Positions 17,016 through 36,688 of a stretch of 64,000 nt of DNA are shown in pieces (the first letter of the stretch is position 1; each line of letters starts with the position of its first letter). Under the pieces are notes generated by a model. The model was given only the letters and a program-made list of their open reading frames with translations, ran no database searches and was not told the DNA's origin. A program made the translations under genes and the position numbers. The stretch comes from the human T2T-CHM13v2.0 reference genome, Homo sapiens, in the NCBI RefSeq assembly GCF_009914755.1, contig NC_060930.1; one strand, given 5' to 3'.

Positions 17016-17832
17016 CTCTAGGGCTTAGTCCTTTAAGATTCTCAATGGAAAGCTACAGTATTTATCACGGCTTCTCATCTTTGGCAGGCCTTGAGCTCCA
17101 GTTTTTCTCCCAGTATTATGAGACTGCCAAAACCTTTGTTTACCTTTATAGTCTTTCAGCAGCTGCTTTCTGCTTGCTTTTTCAGTCTCTTGCCCTACTT
17201 TGCAGTTTAGGAATTAGCACATGCTTTAAGTGGGCAAAGTAATAATTTATGTTGGTGTCACCTATCCAGGATCTTGGCTCCTTAAGTCCTGGCTGATTTT
17301 GTTGATTTCCGATGCCTTAAAGAAGCTGTTTTTGTTGTTTTGCATGTTGATATTATTGTTTTGCATTTTTATACAGCTTTGATATTTATTCCTATTGTGA
17401 TGGTATTAGGGATCCAAGGTACTCTGTTATAGCCAGAGTGTAAGTTTGCTATGTTTGCATGTAATTGAGTGAGTTTAACTCCATTTTGACAGTCCTTCAG
17501 CTAATAACATCTCCCAAAAGAAATCAGGTATACAGATTGCTCTAGAGTTAAATAACAATCATTTTTGTTCACTATTTAAATAAAAACATGTAGGTTTTAG
17601 TTTTTGCCTAAATACATGAAATATAAAGACATTTTAATGATAACATACCTTATAAATATTTGCTCACTATAGATAACTTAGAAAAACCAAAAAAAAAAGA
17701 AGAAAATAACAAATAAACATATTTTCCACCATGCAAAAACAGCATCAGGAAAATTTTGGTATAGTTCCTTTCAGTGTTTCTCCTGTGTATGTGCAATGCT
17801 TTTGTTTCCAGGACTAACTCATAGGCCTTTAT

Positions 17833-18153
17833 GTTTTTTATTTTTTTATTTTTATTTTTTGAGACGGAGTTTTGCTCATGTTGCCCAGGCTGGAGTGCAG
17901 TGGCACAATCTCGGCTCACCGCAACCTCAACCTCCCAGGTTCAAGCAATTCTCCTACTCAGCTTCCCAAGTAGCTGGGATTACAGGCATGTGCCACCATG
18001 CCCAGCTAATTTTGTATTTTTAGTAGAGACGGGGTTTCTCCATGTTGGTCAGGCTGGTCTTGAACTCCCGACCTCAGGTGATCCGCACCCCCCCCCCCAC
18101 CCCTTGGCCTCCTAAAGTGCTGGGATTACAGGCATGAGCCACCACGTGCGGCC
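17833..18153 (-). mobile_element. AluSp-like
   Basis: tttctccatgttggtcagg diagnostic; internal C-run expansion near 18090-18103. Confidence 0.95.
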
Positions 18154-18562
18154 TGTAGACCTTTATTAATTTACTTTGCATTTTGTTTTAACAGTATAAT
18201 TTACATATTGAAGTATAATTTGCATACAGTAATATTGTGTACAATTCAGTAATTTTTAGTAAATGTACAGAGTTGTACAACTGTCACCATAATCCAACTT
18301 TAGAACATTTCCATCTTGTCAAAAAGAAACTTCATGCCCATTTACACTCAGTCCTTGGTCCAAGCCCCAGCCCCAGGCAACCACTAATCTACCTTCTGTC
18401 TCTATAGATTGGCCTATACATCTTCCATTTTATTAGTAAAGTTAGCTTGTTTTTAACAAAGTCATCCAATTTTAATTATATAATTCTTTCAGTCCTATCC
18501 AAATGAAATTGAGCAAGTTTAAATAAAGATGGCTGTTGTGAGAGATACAGACATTTGTGGGA

Positions 18563-18602
18563 TGTGTGTGTGTGTGTGTGTGTGTGTTTGCATGTGTGTG
18601 TG
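18563..18602. repeat. (TG)n microsatellite
   Basis: Direct reading. Confidence 0.95.
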
Positions 18603-18792
18603 TTTGCAGATGATGCAAATCTTTTAAAGACTGTGGCATGTTTGCCTCCATTATTTTATGTATTTCTAATTTTCTTTTTGAGATATACTTCATGTAACAT
18701 AAAATTCACCCTTTTAAATTTGGTGTTTATGCAACTATCAACACTATCTAATTCCAAAACATTTTCATCACCACAAAAAGAAATCCCATCCA

Positions 18793-19476
<684 letters not shown>

Positions 19477-19526
19477 TCACTCCCCATTCCCCTCCCCCAC
19501 CCAGCCCTTGGGAACCACTGCTAAAC

Positions 19527-19881
19527 CAGGGGTCCCCAACCCTGGGGCCGTGGACCAGTACCAGTTGGTGGCCTGTTAGGAACTGGGCCACACAGCAGGA
19601 GGTGAGTGGTGGGTCAGCGAGCATTACCGCCTGAGCTCCGCCTCCTGTCAGATCAGTGGAGGCATTAGATTCTCATAGGAGCCGGAACCCTATTGTGAAC
19701 TGTGCATGCAGGCATCTAGGTTGCGTGCTCCTTATGAAAATCTGATGCCTGATGATCTAAAGTAAAACAGTTTCATCCTGAAACCATCCCCTCACCGCTC
19801 CCCGCTACCTCCCAACGGGTCCATGGAAAAATTGTCTTCCACAAAACCGGTCCCTGGTGCCAAAAAGGTTGGGGACCACTG
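19527..19881 (+). mobile_element. MER1B (hAT-Charlie)
   Basis: TIRs caggggtccccaacc / ggttggggaccactg; perfect 8-bp TSD tgctaaac (19519-19526, 19882-19889). Confidence 0.95.
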
Positions 19882-19952
19882 TGCTAAACTACTTTGTGTC
19901 TCTATGGATTTGCCTGTTCTGGACATTTTGTATAAACAGAATCACACGGTAG

Positions 19953-20345
<393 letters not shown>

Positions 20346-20510
20346 AGTGCTTCATTCCTTTTTATGCCAAATAACATTCTATTTTATGAATATGTCACAT
20401 TTTGTTTATTCACTAATCTGTTGATGGACATTGAGGTTGTTTCTACTTTACTTAATAATATTTTAGTTAATATAACTTAACTAGTGGAAAGGGGAGAAAA
20501 TTATTACTGG

Positions 20511-21635
20511 GGTGGTATGATATTATATGTATGTTGGTTTTTGTCCACAATTCCTGGCTCATAACTCCCATAGCCCTTGTTAATTTCCTAAGTGACTAAA
20601 ATAGTAAGCATATCTTTCCTTAACATATTGTTCCTTAACATATTGTTCCTTAACATATCTTTTGTCCTTGATTCCTGAAGCAGCTTCCGAATGGCTCCAG
20701 AGCAATAAAGGTGAGACAATCTTTTGTTATAATATTGGGGCATTTTAGGCCTTAGAAAACAGAATCTCACTCTCTGACCTCCTGCCCCCCTTTTATCTTC
20801 TTTTTCTCCTCCATGCAGGCTACAGAAACTAAAAATATATTCTAATCTTCTGACTTGAAATTCTCTGAACTGCCTTCCTTGTCTGATTTTAGGTTGTAAG
20901 ACCCCCAGTCCGAAGGGGTCCTGTCCCATACTCGGGAAGAAGGAACGCTGCATAGACAGGCCAGGAAGAATCTCGGCCTTACCGGGTTTCCCCACTCAAT
21001 CTATAAGCATTAGATCATACTCTTTTTGTCCAATCACAGTTCTCCTTGGTTGTCAATCATACCTATCCAATAAAATCTCCATAAAAGGCCCAAGAGGATA
21101 AGGTATGGGAAACTTTTGCACAGCTGAAGTTCTGGAGGCTTGCAAGAAAATGAACAAGAATTCATCCGCCTGCCGGGAGGGTGGCGCATCCCTCTCCACG
21201 GGAACTGAGGCTCCTGCAGTCAGGACCCTTTCAGACCTCACCCTATGTATCTCTTCATCTGGCTATTTATTTGTATCTTTTAAAATAGCCTTTAAAATAA
21301 ATCAGTAAACCTAAGTGTTTCCCTGAGTTTTGTGAGCCACTTTTAGCAAATTAATCGCGCATAAAGTGGTGGTCACCCAACTTGAAGTGGATTGGTCAGA
21401 AGTTCAACAGGCTTGGGCTTGCAACTGGCGTCTAAAGGAAAGGCGATCTTGTGGGACTGAGCCCTCAGTCTGTGGGATCTGACACTATCTCCAGGTGGAT
21501 AGCGTCAGAATTGAATTGGAGAACACCCAGCTAGTGTCTGCGGCAGAACTGATTGCTTCCTGTTAGTGGGGAAAAAATCCCCACACATTTGGTCACAGAC
21601 ATCTTCAGTGTTGATTTTTGTGGTGTGAGAGCACA
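20511..21635 (+). mobile_element. MER21A-like solo LTR
   Basis: gtggtatgata...ttcctggctcataactcccatagcccttgtt; aaataaatcagtaaac...gtgtttccctgagttttgtgagcc; gggactgagccctca...gaattggagaacacccagct. Confidence 0.82.
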
Positions 21636-21677
21636 CGTAGTGTATCTGCACTTCTCTAATAATCTCAAGAATACATT

Positions 21678-22032
<355 letters not shown>

Positions 22033-22076
22033 TCATAAAGAAAAATAAAACAGAAAAGATATTAACATAAGAGCTA

Positions 22077-22079
<3 letters not shown>

Positions 22080-22107
<28 letters not shown>

Positions 22108-22394
22108 TGAGACGGAATCTCGCTCTGTCACCCAGGCAGGGGTGCAGTGGCACAATCTCGGCTGAGCTCACTGCAACCTCCGCCTCCTGGGTTCAATCGA
22201 GTCTTGTGCTTCAGCCTCCTGAGTAGCTGGGATTACAGGCGCACAGCACCGAGTCTGGCTGATTTTGTATTTTTAGTGGAGACGGGGTTTTACCACGTTG
22301 GCCAGGCTGGTCTCGAACTCCTGACCTTAAGTGATCCGCCCACCTCGGCCTCCCAAAGTGCTGGGCTTACAGACGTGAGCCACCCCACCTGGCC
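22080..22394 (-). mobile_element. AluS
   Basis: Full dimer, long T tract; TSD gagctaagctt. Confidence 0.96.
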
Positions 22395-22786
22395 GAGCTA
22401 AGCTTCTTTTAAGGCTCTGATTGACATGAAATAACATCTAAGCCCAAATTTCTGTTTATTCAAACTGGAATGAGCAATATGCTCAAAAATTGTTATGAAA
22501 ACTGAAAAATAACAGAAATTAGAGCTGTATTCTAAGGGTAAAAACACACTTAGAGTAATATTCTGCCAACAAAGAAGCAGTGTATGTGGAGTGGGTGGGA
22601 AGTGACAGAGGTGGGCATGTGGATCCTTCTGTTGCTAATAATAAAAATTCCTAGAGCACCGAGTCTCCACATGGCAATGTGATTGAGAAGAACCATATAT
22701 TACTCCTTTCATTTCCACTCTTTGAGGGAGCCTCTTTGTTCCGAATTTCAGCTGTCCCTCAAAGAGCATGCAGGGCCTTCAGTTGA

Positions 22787-23627
<841 letters not shown>

Positions 23628-24667
23628 ACTCTTTGAAACTAGAGTAAATTGGAATTTTCCCTGCCTCATTTTCCAATAGATTGGCATTTCTCCCATTGTT
23701 TAGCCTATAACCTCCACTCACCTCTGGTTTTCTGCTATTTGTCATGAGCTCCTACGGAAGTGCTAAGGGAAGGCAAGGAAGAGGAGGGTATTTGGGAAGG
23801 GGAAGGGCAGGGACAGGCCTGCAATCTGTCACCCAGCGAGGCAGCATGGAGGTATGCTACCCAGGTCTCGCTTCAGGAGAACAGGTTGTGGGGAGGGCAG
23901 GTGACTGACAGCCCCCAGCCCTCGGGTGTGTTGCAGTGTTCATGCCTGGAACACATCCCCTGAGCTGCTCCCAACCAATGACTGAGCTTGCAGGGGTGCT
24001 AGGCCAGATGCTGAAGAACTTGGATTCTCCAGACAGTTGGAGCTGAGCCTGAGCTCAGCTCTTCCCCACCTTCCTGTCTTTTCTCACTCCACAGATGTCA
24101 CACCTCATTGCAGTCTGAGACTCTACTTTCTCTTATTTCCTCTCCCTTTTTTCCCTCACAGGAACTTCCCTCATAAACTCTTGCTCGTTTTATTAGTCTG
24201 CTCTGGCTGCCGATAAAGTACCACAGACTGGGTGGCTTAACAAAAATTAAGCCAATTTATTACTGGGTAGAAGTCCACGATCAACGTGTTGGCAGAGTGG
24301 GTTCCTTTGGCGATCTCTCTCCTTGACTTGTAGATGGTTTGGATGTTTGTCCCCTCCAAATCTCATGTTGAAATGCGACCCCCAACATTGGAGGTGGACC
24401 TAGTGGGAGGTGTTTGGGTCATGGGGGTGGCTGCCTTGTGAATGGCTTGGTGTCCTCCTCTCAGTAATGAGTGTTAGTTCATGCAAGATCTGGTAGTTTA
24501 AAAGACACTGGCACCTCCCCATTTCTCTGGCTTCCATTCTGGCCATGTGACATGCCTGAGCTCCCTTCGATCTTCTGCCCTGATTGAAAGCTTCCTGAGG
24601 CCCCACCAGAATCCAAGCAGATGCTGGTGCCATGCTTGTACAGCCTGCAGAACTGTGAGTCAATTCA

Positions 24668-25167
<500 letters not shown>

Positions 25168-25217
25168 ACAAACCTCTTTTCTTTATAAGTCACCCAGTCT
25201 CGGGTATTCCTTAATAG

Positions 25218-25601
<384 letters not shown>

Positions 25602-27916
25602 CCATAATATCCTCTTCTTATAAAGACATCAATCTTATTGGATTAGGGTCTGCTCTAATGATCTCATTTTAACTTAATTACATCTTTAAAGATCCTAACT
25701 CCATGCACATTCGTAAATACAGTCACATCCTGAGGTACTGGGCATTAGGACTTCAACATATGAACATTCTGGCAACATAATTCAGCCTATAACACTCATC
25801 GAATTCTGTCTTGGCATCTGCTTTTCGGATGCCAGGTTAATCTAGGAGTATAACCAGGTAAAGCATTGGTGTGCCAAATGACCAGTGACTCATCTCTTCC
25901 CACCCCAGTCTGCTTCTATAAATCCAATTACAAAAGTAATAATGAATAGACAAAACATGGAAAAAACATGTTTCAAATATGAAATAAATCTCCAGTTTTT
26001 TGGAGGTAATCCCTAATCCCTTGGCAATTTGTAATAGGGATTATTATAACACAGAAAACTGTAAGTGACAGAAACAAAAAAGACACTTCCTATCAGTGGT
26101 TCCTCTCAGTGGGGCAGATGACCCTCAAGTCAGTGGTACTTCAAGTGTGGCAGACACAAGGCAAGCCTCAGATCTGTGCCTTTGAGCCTGACACTGGATC
26201 CCATCACCAGCACAGGAACAGTCCTCTACAGCCAAGGTGGCCAATGCAGACTTTAAAAAGGTTGGGTTGGCATGCGAGTAAAAAATAAACTCTAGCAGAG
26301 ATTTGGTAATTCTGTCATTTGTTGGCTGACATTTTAATATTATTGTCAGTTTCTTAGGCATATTTTGCTTCAATGAGTAGGAAAAATGTTTTAATTAGTG
26401 CCCTTTGTTTATAATTTTCGTCTTTCATATCCATGGAAAATTCCAATGTCTTCCGTCTTCATAATTTCTGGGGGTTTGGCAGAGTACCAGACCAGCAACT
26501 GTTTCAATAGAGAGGAATCGCCTCTCTCAAAACACATTTTATTGCTTGGGAGATTGCTCTTCATTAACACAACCAGGAAAATACTGATAAGATCCTTCGA
26601 GTTTTGGGCTATCCCACTCAGAATAGATATTTGTTTTTCCTGTCACCCATTTTCTTAAGCATTAGTCAATATGGGAGCCTACTGTATGTAAAATTCCTTA
26701 CTGAACAGGATTGGGTTTGCTTGAGTGATAAAAAATAGAGATAGTCTTTGTACACAGAATGTGGTTTTATTTTATTTATTGAAATCAGAATCTTCTAACT
26801 TCACTAGGGTGATCTGTTTGTGTTCATATGTGTGTGTGGCAGAGTATATACTATAACATAAAATTTTTCATCTTATCCATGTTTAAGCGTATAGTTCTGA
26901 AGCATTAATTACGTTCACAATGTTGTGCAACCAACAACACCATCAATTTACAAAACTTTTTATCACCCCAAACAGAAACACTGTAACCTTTAAACTTTAA
27001 ACTCTCTATTCTCCACTTCTCCCAGCTGCTGGTGAGCTCTCATCTATTTTCTATCTCTACACATTTGCCTAGTCTGGATATTTCATATAAAGTGGAATCA
27101 TACACTATTTGTCCTTCTGTGTCTGGCTTATTTCACTTGCCCTAATGTTTTAAAAGTTCATCTGTATTGTAGCATGTATCAGAACTTCATTTTTCATGGC
27201 TGAATAATATTCCTTTGGATGTATATACCACATTTTGTTTATCCATTCATCTGTTGATGGACAGATCAACAGATCTGTTGATTTGAGTTGTTTATACTTT
27301 TTGGCTCTTGTGAATAATGCTGCAATGAATATTGGCAGATGAGTATCTGTTTGAGTCCCTGTTTTCAATTCTTTTGGATATACACCTAAAAGTGAAATTG
27401 CTAGGGCATATAGTAGTACTATGTTTAGCTTTTTGAGGAACCACCAAACTGTTTTCCACGGCAGCTGCACCACTTAGCATTTTCATCAACAATGTATAAG
27501 CGTCCCAATTTCTATGCATCCTCACCAGCACTTGTTATTTTCTGTTTTTGTTTTGTTTTATAGCCATCTAGTAGGTGTGAAGTGGTATCTCACTGTTTTG
27601 ATTCACATTTCCCTTAATGGCTAGTTTTATTAAGCATCTTTTCACATGCTTGTTAGCCACTTATTTATCTTTGGGAAAATGTCTAGTCAAGTTCTTTGCC
27701 CAATTTTCTAATTGAGTGGTTTTTTGTTGTTGAGTTGTAAGAATTCTTTATATAGTCTGGATCCTAGACACCAGATATATGATTAGCAAATAATTTCTTC
27801 TATTCTATGTTTTCTTTTCAAGTTTCCAATAATGTCCTTTAAAGTTTTAAATTTTGATGAAGTCTAATTTATCTAGTTTTTCCTAGAGATGTCGCCATAT
27901 CTAAAAATCCACTGCT

Positions 27917-28268
<352 letters not shown>

Positions 28269-28576
28269 TTATTCTAAAAATTTAATATTTTTAGCTCTTA
28301 TATTTAGGTTGTTCATCCATTTGAGTTAATTTTTGTGTATGGTGTGAAGTAGGAATCTTAACTCCATTCCTTGGCTTATGGATATCCAGTTATCTCAGTA
28401 CTAGTTTTTGAGAGGAAGATTCTTTCCCCCATTGAATGGTCCTGGCATCTTCGTGAAAAATTAATTGGCCATCAATTTATGGAATTCTTTCTGGAGTCTC
28501 AAATTTATTCCACCGGTATACATGCCTTTTATTCTACCAATACCACACTGCTCTGAATACTGTATCTTTGTAGTGA

Positions 28577-28911
<335 letters not shown>

Positions 28912-29444
28912 CTGTGTGTTCTTTTTCGACATTGTTTTGGCTGTTTGGGGCCCCTTACACTTCCATATGAATTTGAGCATTGGTTTTTGGTTTTTCGATG
29001 TCCATAAAAAGATCATTGGCATTTTGATGAGGACTGCATGGAGTCTCAGATTTGAATATTGACATCTTAACAATATCAAGCCTTCTAATCCGTGAACATA
29101 CATGTCTTTCCATTTATTTAGGTGTTCTTTCATTTCATTTAGTAATGTTTTGTAGTTTTCAGGTACAAGTCTTGTACATCCTTGGTTAAATTTATTCCTA
29201 ACTATTTTATTCTTTCTGATGCTAATGTAAGTGGAATTATTAAAATCCATCTCTTTAAATGTAACGGTTGATGACTTTTAGTAAATTCATACTGTTGTGC
29301 AACCTTCCACACAATCTAGTTTTAGAGCACTTGCATCAGGTTTCCCTTGTGTCTATCTGTGGTCAATATCTATTCTCACCTCCCCAACCCCAGGCAACTT
29401 CTGATATGTTCTCTGTCTTTATAGCTTTGCTTTTTCTATACTTG

Positions 29445-29823
29445 TGTATTAATCCTTTCTCATGCTGCTAATAAAGACATACCTGAGACTGGCTAATTTA
29501 TAAAGGAAAGAGGTTTAATTGACTCACAGTTCAGCATGGCTGGGGAGGCCTCAGGAAACTTATAATCATGGCGAGAGGGGAAGCACACATGCCCTTCTTC
29601 ACATGGCAGCAGGAAGGAGAAAAATGAGTACCAAGGGAAGGGGGAAGCCCCCTATAAAACCATCAGATCTCGTGAGTACTTACTCACTATCACGAGAATA
29701 GCATGGGGGAAATGGCACTCATGATTCAATTACCTCCCACTGGGTCCCTCCCATGACACGTGGGGATTATGGGAGCTACAGTTCAAGATGAGATTTGGGT
29801 GGGGACACAGACAAACCACATCA
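29445..29823 (-). mobile_element. THE1C-like solo LTR
   Basis: tgtattaatcc...gagatttgggtggggacacagacaaaccacatca. Confidence 0.92.
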
Positions 29824-29967
29824 ACCCATCAGATAAGCAGGTCCTTACATTTATATAAAATGCAGTTACACACAACAAGATGAGATTTGGGTGGGGACAC
29901 AGTCAAACCCTATCAACCCATCAGATAAGCAGGTCCTTACATTTACGTAAAATGCAGTTACAAACAA
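29784..29967. repeat. 92-bp tandem duplication spanning the LTR/flank junction
   Basis: 29784-29875 vs 29876-29967, 6 mismatches. Confidence 0.95.
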
Positions 29968-30359
29968 CACACCATCTCCTTTTCATTCCTTTTTTCTCTC
30001 TCTTACCCAGAACACAAAACACTCATATATTTTTGTTTGTCTAGATCCTGGCCTGTCCAAGTAACCTCACCTTTTAGATCATCAACTAGTTAACAAATGA
30101 CAAAATCTTGGTTCACCTTTAGGTCAGAAGATGCCATGAGCCAGGCTAGCCAGAGCAGACTCTGATTGGCTTAGTTCTGGAGGGGTTTAGGTCATAATCC
30201 CCCAAAACACAATCCTAATGCCATAATCTCAAAAGTTGAAATCTCAAAAAGATCAAAATCACTAAAGCCTAAGATCCCTAACATATAAAATCCTGAAAAG
30301 CACAATCACAGGCTAGTTGCATCATGTTAGGTGGAACTATTGCCTTGTTATTGTCTTTA

Positions 30360-30938
30360 TGTAGAAGAAAATAGATTTCAATGGAATCCCCAAACCATAA
30401 TGACAGATTTGGAATTTGGGGCAATCAAGTCTTCTAAAAATGAATTTCAATGTGTTACCAATACAATTTGTTTTTTCCATTCAGCCCAATGCATTAGTGG
30501 GAAGTTCAGATGAATGGATTGGCCGCAAGATACGGCAATGATGAAAACTTCAGTTTAAAAATTCGTAATTTGCCCACATTGGCATTCCTTCCAGTTGATG
30601 ACATTCCAGGAGCTTCTAGTTAATTAAAGCCACATTTGCCTGAAAAAGCCAGTGAAGTTACAGACTAGTTTGAAAATAATTATGTGCATGGTAGGGTAAG
30701 AAGACTCTTATGCAACACTTAGGATAAGATGGCGTTGCTGTTTGATCAACAGGATTGTTTCCACCAAATTTGTGGTCTGTATATGAGTGCATGCAGAATG
30801 GATCTCTGTGTACTCAAAACAACAAAGAAGCATGGCACAGAAGTGACAAAATTTCATAGAGAATGCTCATATCAGTGTATATGGAATAAGAAGAATTTTT
30901 AAAAAGAGCAGCACCAAACAGAAAATGAATGTGAACAT
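30360..30938 (+). pseudogene. Decayed MULE transposase fragment
   Basis: PQTIMTDLEFGAIK...CFFHSAQCI; after frameshift QMNGLAARYGNDENFSLKIRNLPTLAFLP...FENNYVHGR; LFPPNLWSVY...TQNNKEAWHR; stops and frameshifts. Confidence 0.82.
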
Positions 30939-31535
<597 letters not shown>

Positions 31536-31911
31536 AGTAAATAAAACTTTAAAAAATAATTTTAAAATTATTTTTTCCAGAATTATATTTTCAGAATTTT
31601 GATCTTACAGGATTTCAACATTTGGGATGATGGCTTTCAGGATTGTGTCTTTCAGGATTATAATCAGCTCCCATTCTGGAGAAAACGCCAATATCTGTGA
31701 GTATTCCTGCAAATAGATAAGGCTTGTGAGTGTGTGCTGAGCTTCTCTTGGACAAATCTATTGCAGAGAGAGACTTAGTAGAACTGAGGAACTGTTATGG
31801 GGTTTTTTCACTTTGTTGAAAATAAAAAATTAGAGACATTGTTCAGCTACTCTTCAGAATCCATTAGAATCTGCTATGTGTTGTTAGCTTATTAGAATTA
31901 AGGCATATTGT

Positions 31912-32197
31912 GGCCCGGCGTGGTGGCTCACGCCTGTAATCCCAGGACTCTAGGAGGCCGAGGCGGGTGGATCACTTGAGGCCAGGAGTTGGAGATCAGC
32001 CTGGCCAAATGATTAAACCCTGTCTCTACTAAAAATACAAAAATTAGCAAGTCATGGTGGCATGCACCTGTAATCCCAGCTACTCGGGAGGTTGAGGTGG
32101 GAGAATCGCTTGAACCCAGGCGGGGGAGGTTGCAGTGAGCCGAGATCCAGCCTGGGAGACAGAGTGGGATCCTGTCTGAAAAAAAAAAAAAAAAAAA
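31912..32197 (+). mobile_element. AluS with short right-arm deletion
   Basis: TSD agaat(t/a)aaggcatattgt. Confidence 0.95.
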
Positions 32198-32839
32198 GAA
32201 TAAAGGCATATTGTGAGAGAGGATCAAAAAGTTGTGTGAAATGCGAGGTTGCATTATTGCAAGGTGAATAAAATGAGGCTGGTGGAGGATGGGAGCCAAT
32301 CACAAATTTCCAATATTGCGATTGGAACACAGCTCCACATCCAAACCTAAACCTTCTGAAGGATCGCCCAGGCCCTGTAATAACTACAGTTTTCTACACT
32401 CCACCTTCCCCTGGTAGCCTTTTTTTGACAGTCCCTTTGAATTCCCAAGACAACTTATTTGTATTTTTTCTCAACCATTCTTTTAAGGAGGGCCAACCCA
32501 TGGCTAACAGTGACTCAAAGTGCTTTCATTAGCTCAGATAAAAAGCTCAGTTACTTTAACCTACTTCTTTCTGCCCTCTACAAAGGCAATTCAAGGCTCA
32601 GATGTTACTAGAAGTTACTGGGCATTTTCCTATACAAAAGAATAAGAACACCAGGTTTCTTAGAATACACCAAAAACCTCTTCTCCTGGGGTTTTTTATA
32701 CTGTTTAAAGGGTGGGAAATGGGGTCATATTTTCAGCTGTGGTGAGGGACAGAGAGCCTGGAAATTTGGCTTGAAATTCATGGGGAAAATACTGAGCCCA
32801 AATGTATTTGAGTTATTGTTGTATTGTTGTTAGCTCTGT

Positions 32840-34330
<1,491 letters not shown>

Positions 34331-34522
34331 CTCTGTATATTTCCAGCCCACAAGAGACTTAGAATCTGTGGGAGGCAGAATTCTAAGGTGATCCCTAAGA
34401 TTCCTGTCCCTTGGTGTACCTGCCCTGCATAATCCCTAAGACTTTGCATATGAAGCAATAATCACTTCTGTGATGAGGCGATGTTCCACCGCACAGCTGG
34501 CTCTAAGAAAGGAGACTCCCTG

Positions 34523-34823
34523 GGCCAGGCATGGTGGCTCACGCCTGTAATCCTAGCACTTTGGGAGGCCGAGGTGGGTGGATCATGAGGTCAGGAATTG
34601 GAGACAAGCCTGGCCAACATGGTGAAATCGCATCTCCACTAAAAATACAAAAATTAGCCGGGCGTTGTGGCATGCACCTGTAATCCCAGCTATTCAGAAG
34701 GCTGAGACAGGAGAATCACTTGAACCCGAGAGGTGGAGGTTGCTGTGAGCTGAAATCACACCACTGCACTTCAGCCTGGGCGACAGAGTAAGAAAAAAAA
34801 AAAAAAAAGAAAGAAAGAAAGAA
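34523..34823 (+). mobile_element. AluS (Sc/Sg-like)
   Basis: TSD aagaaaggagac. Confidence 0.95.
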
Positions 34824-35196
34824 AGAAAGGAGACAACCTGGGTGAGCCCGACCTAATCAGGTGAGCCCGTATAAGAGATGAGCCTTGTCCTAAGGAAGAC
34901 ATTTGAAGCAGGACAGGAATGTGATGCCAGGGAGTTTCTACACTGCTGGCTCTGAAGATGGCTGTCTCCACAGGATAAGGACCTGCAAACAGCCTCTAGG
35001 AGCTGACAGCAACCCTAATTAACAGCCACCAAGACAGGGACCTCAGTCCTTCCACCACAAGGAACTGAATTCTGCCAGCAACCTGCATGACTTTAGAAGT
35101 GGATTCTTCCTTAGTCAAGTCTCCAGACCAGAATGCAGCTCAGCTCAACTCAAGCATGTTGTACTTGGACTTTGGACCTACAGAACCATGAGATAA

Positions 35197-35226
35197 TGAA
35201 TGAATGAATGAATGAATGAATGAATG
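35197..35226. repeat. (GAAT)n microsatellite inside MLT1E
   Basis: Direct reading. Confidence 0.9.
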
Positions 35227-36067
35227 TTACTTTCAGCTGATAAATTTACGGTAATCTATTATGCGGCAATAGAAAACCAATATAGATTCTAATAAAAAGA
35301 TATTTTAAAAATCAGCATCTGTAATACAAAGGGCACTCACAACGAGTGGGATGATCTTTGCTTTTTGAATGACAAATGGTGAATGATGAGGTGGCTTGTA
35401 GGCAGACACAAACAAAATCTAGTTTAAAAGGAGCACATCTGATTTCTCTACTTATAACTTGATTATCTTGTCGTTACCTTACTTAAACTCTCCATGGGTG
35501 CCCACTGCCTATGGGAGTTGACACTTTTGAGTTTAACATTCATTCCAGCTCTTCCGTCATCTCCAGACCCTACTATTCCAAACTCATCTCTTATTGACTT
35601 TCTGACTCATTAAATGTTGACCTTAGCAATCCGCTGTCCTTTACATGGTCCAGAATACCTCCTTCTTCATCATGTTACGCCAGTCTTTCAGCCCAGAATA
35701 GAGCAGAATCATCACAGACAAGACGAGCCATGGAATGGCAAACATTTTAATGCTGGCGCCTATCCACCGAGTCTCTAGAGATGCTGGAATTATGATAAAT
35801 TTCAGAATGCCGCAATCCCAGCAGGCCACCTCCTTGCCAAAAGTATTTAATGGGTTCCTATTTTCATATTTCAAATCAGATCGTCAGCCAGGTAATCAAA
35901 ATCTTCCAAGATATGACCCCACAAAACACCCTTCCAAAACTATTTCCTATTACATTGCCCCATAGCCCATATCTTTTATTTACATGGCACTGACTTTGCC
36001 ATCTGTTTTTTGCTCAGGCTGGTCACTGTTTCTGGAATGTCCCTCCCTTTTTTACTGATTAGTCAAA

Positions 36068-36235
36068 TTCTGAGGCCCAAAGAGGTTCAGTAACTTGCTC
36101 AAAGTCACAGAATTTGGGTGAATATCACTTTTTCCAGTCTTGAGCAAGTAACTGGATCTCTTTGAACCTCAGTTTTGTCACTTGTAAAATGGGGCATATG
36201 AAAATATCTACCTTGCGGTATTTCCCACCATGAAA
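36068..36235. mobile_element. Two MIR fragments in opposite orientation
   Basis: tgaggcccaaagaggttcagtaacttgctcaaagtcacag and ttgagcaagt...cctcagttttgtcacttgtaaaatgggg. Confidence 0.65.
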
Positions 36236-36350
36236 TAATTTACTTGGTGATAGAAATGGACTTTCTCATACTTGTATTTCCTTTGGCTCTTAACGTGGTG
36301 TCTCACAAATCATATAGCTCAAAAAATGCCAATGGAATGAAATTCCCTGA

Positions 36351-36688
<338 letters not shown>

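Larger units (their letters stand above)
34367..35284 (+). mobile_element. MLT1E-like MaLR LTR split by Alu
   Basis: tgtgggaggcagaattctaag...caaggaactgaattctgccagcaacct...gcaatagaaaaccaatata. Confidence 0.82.
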
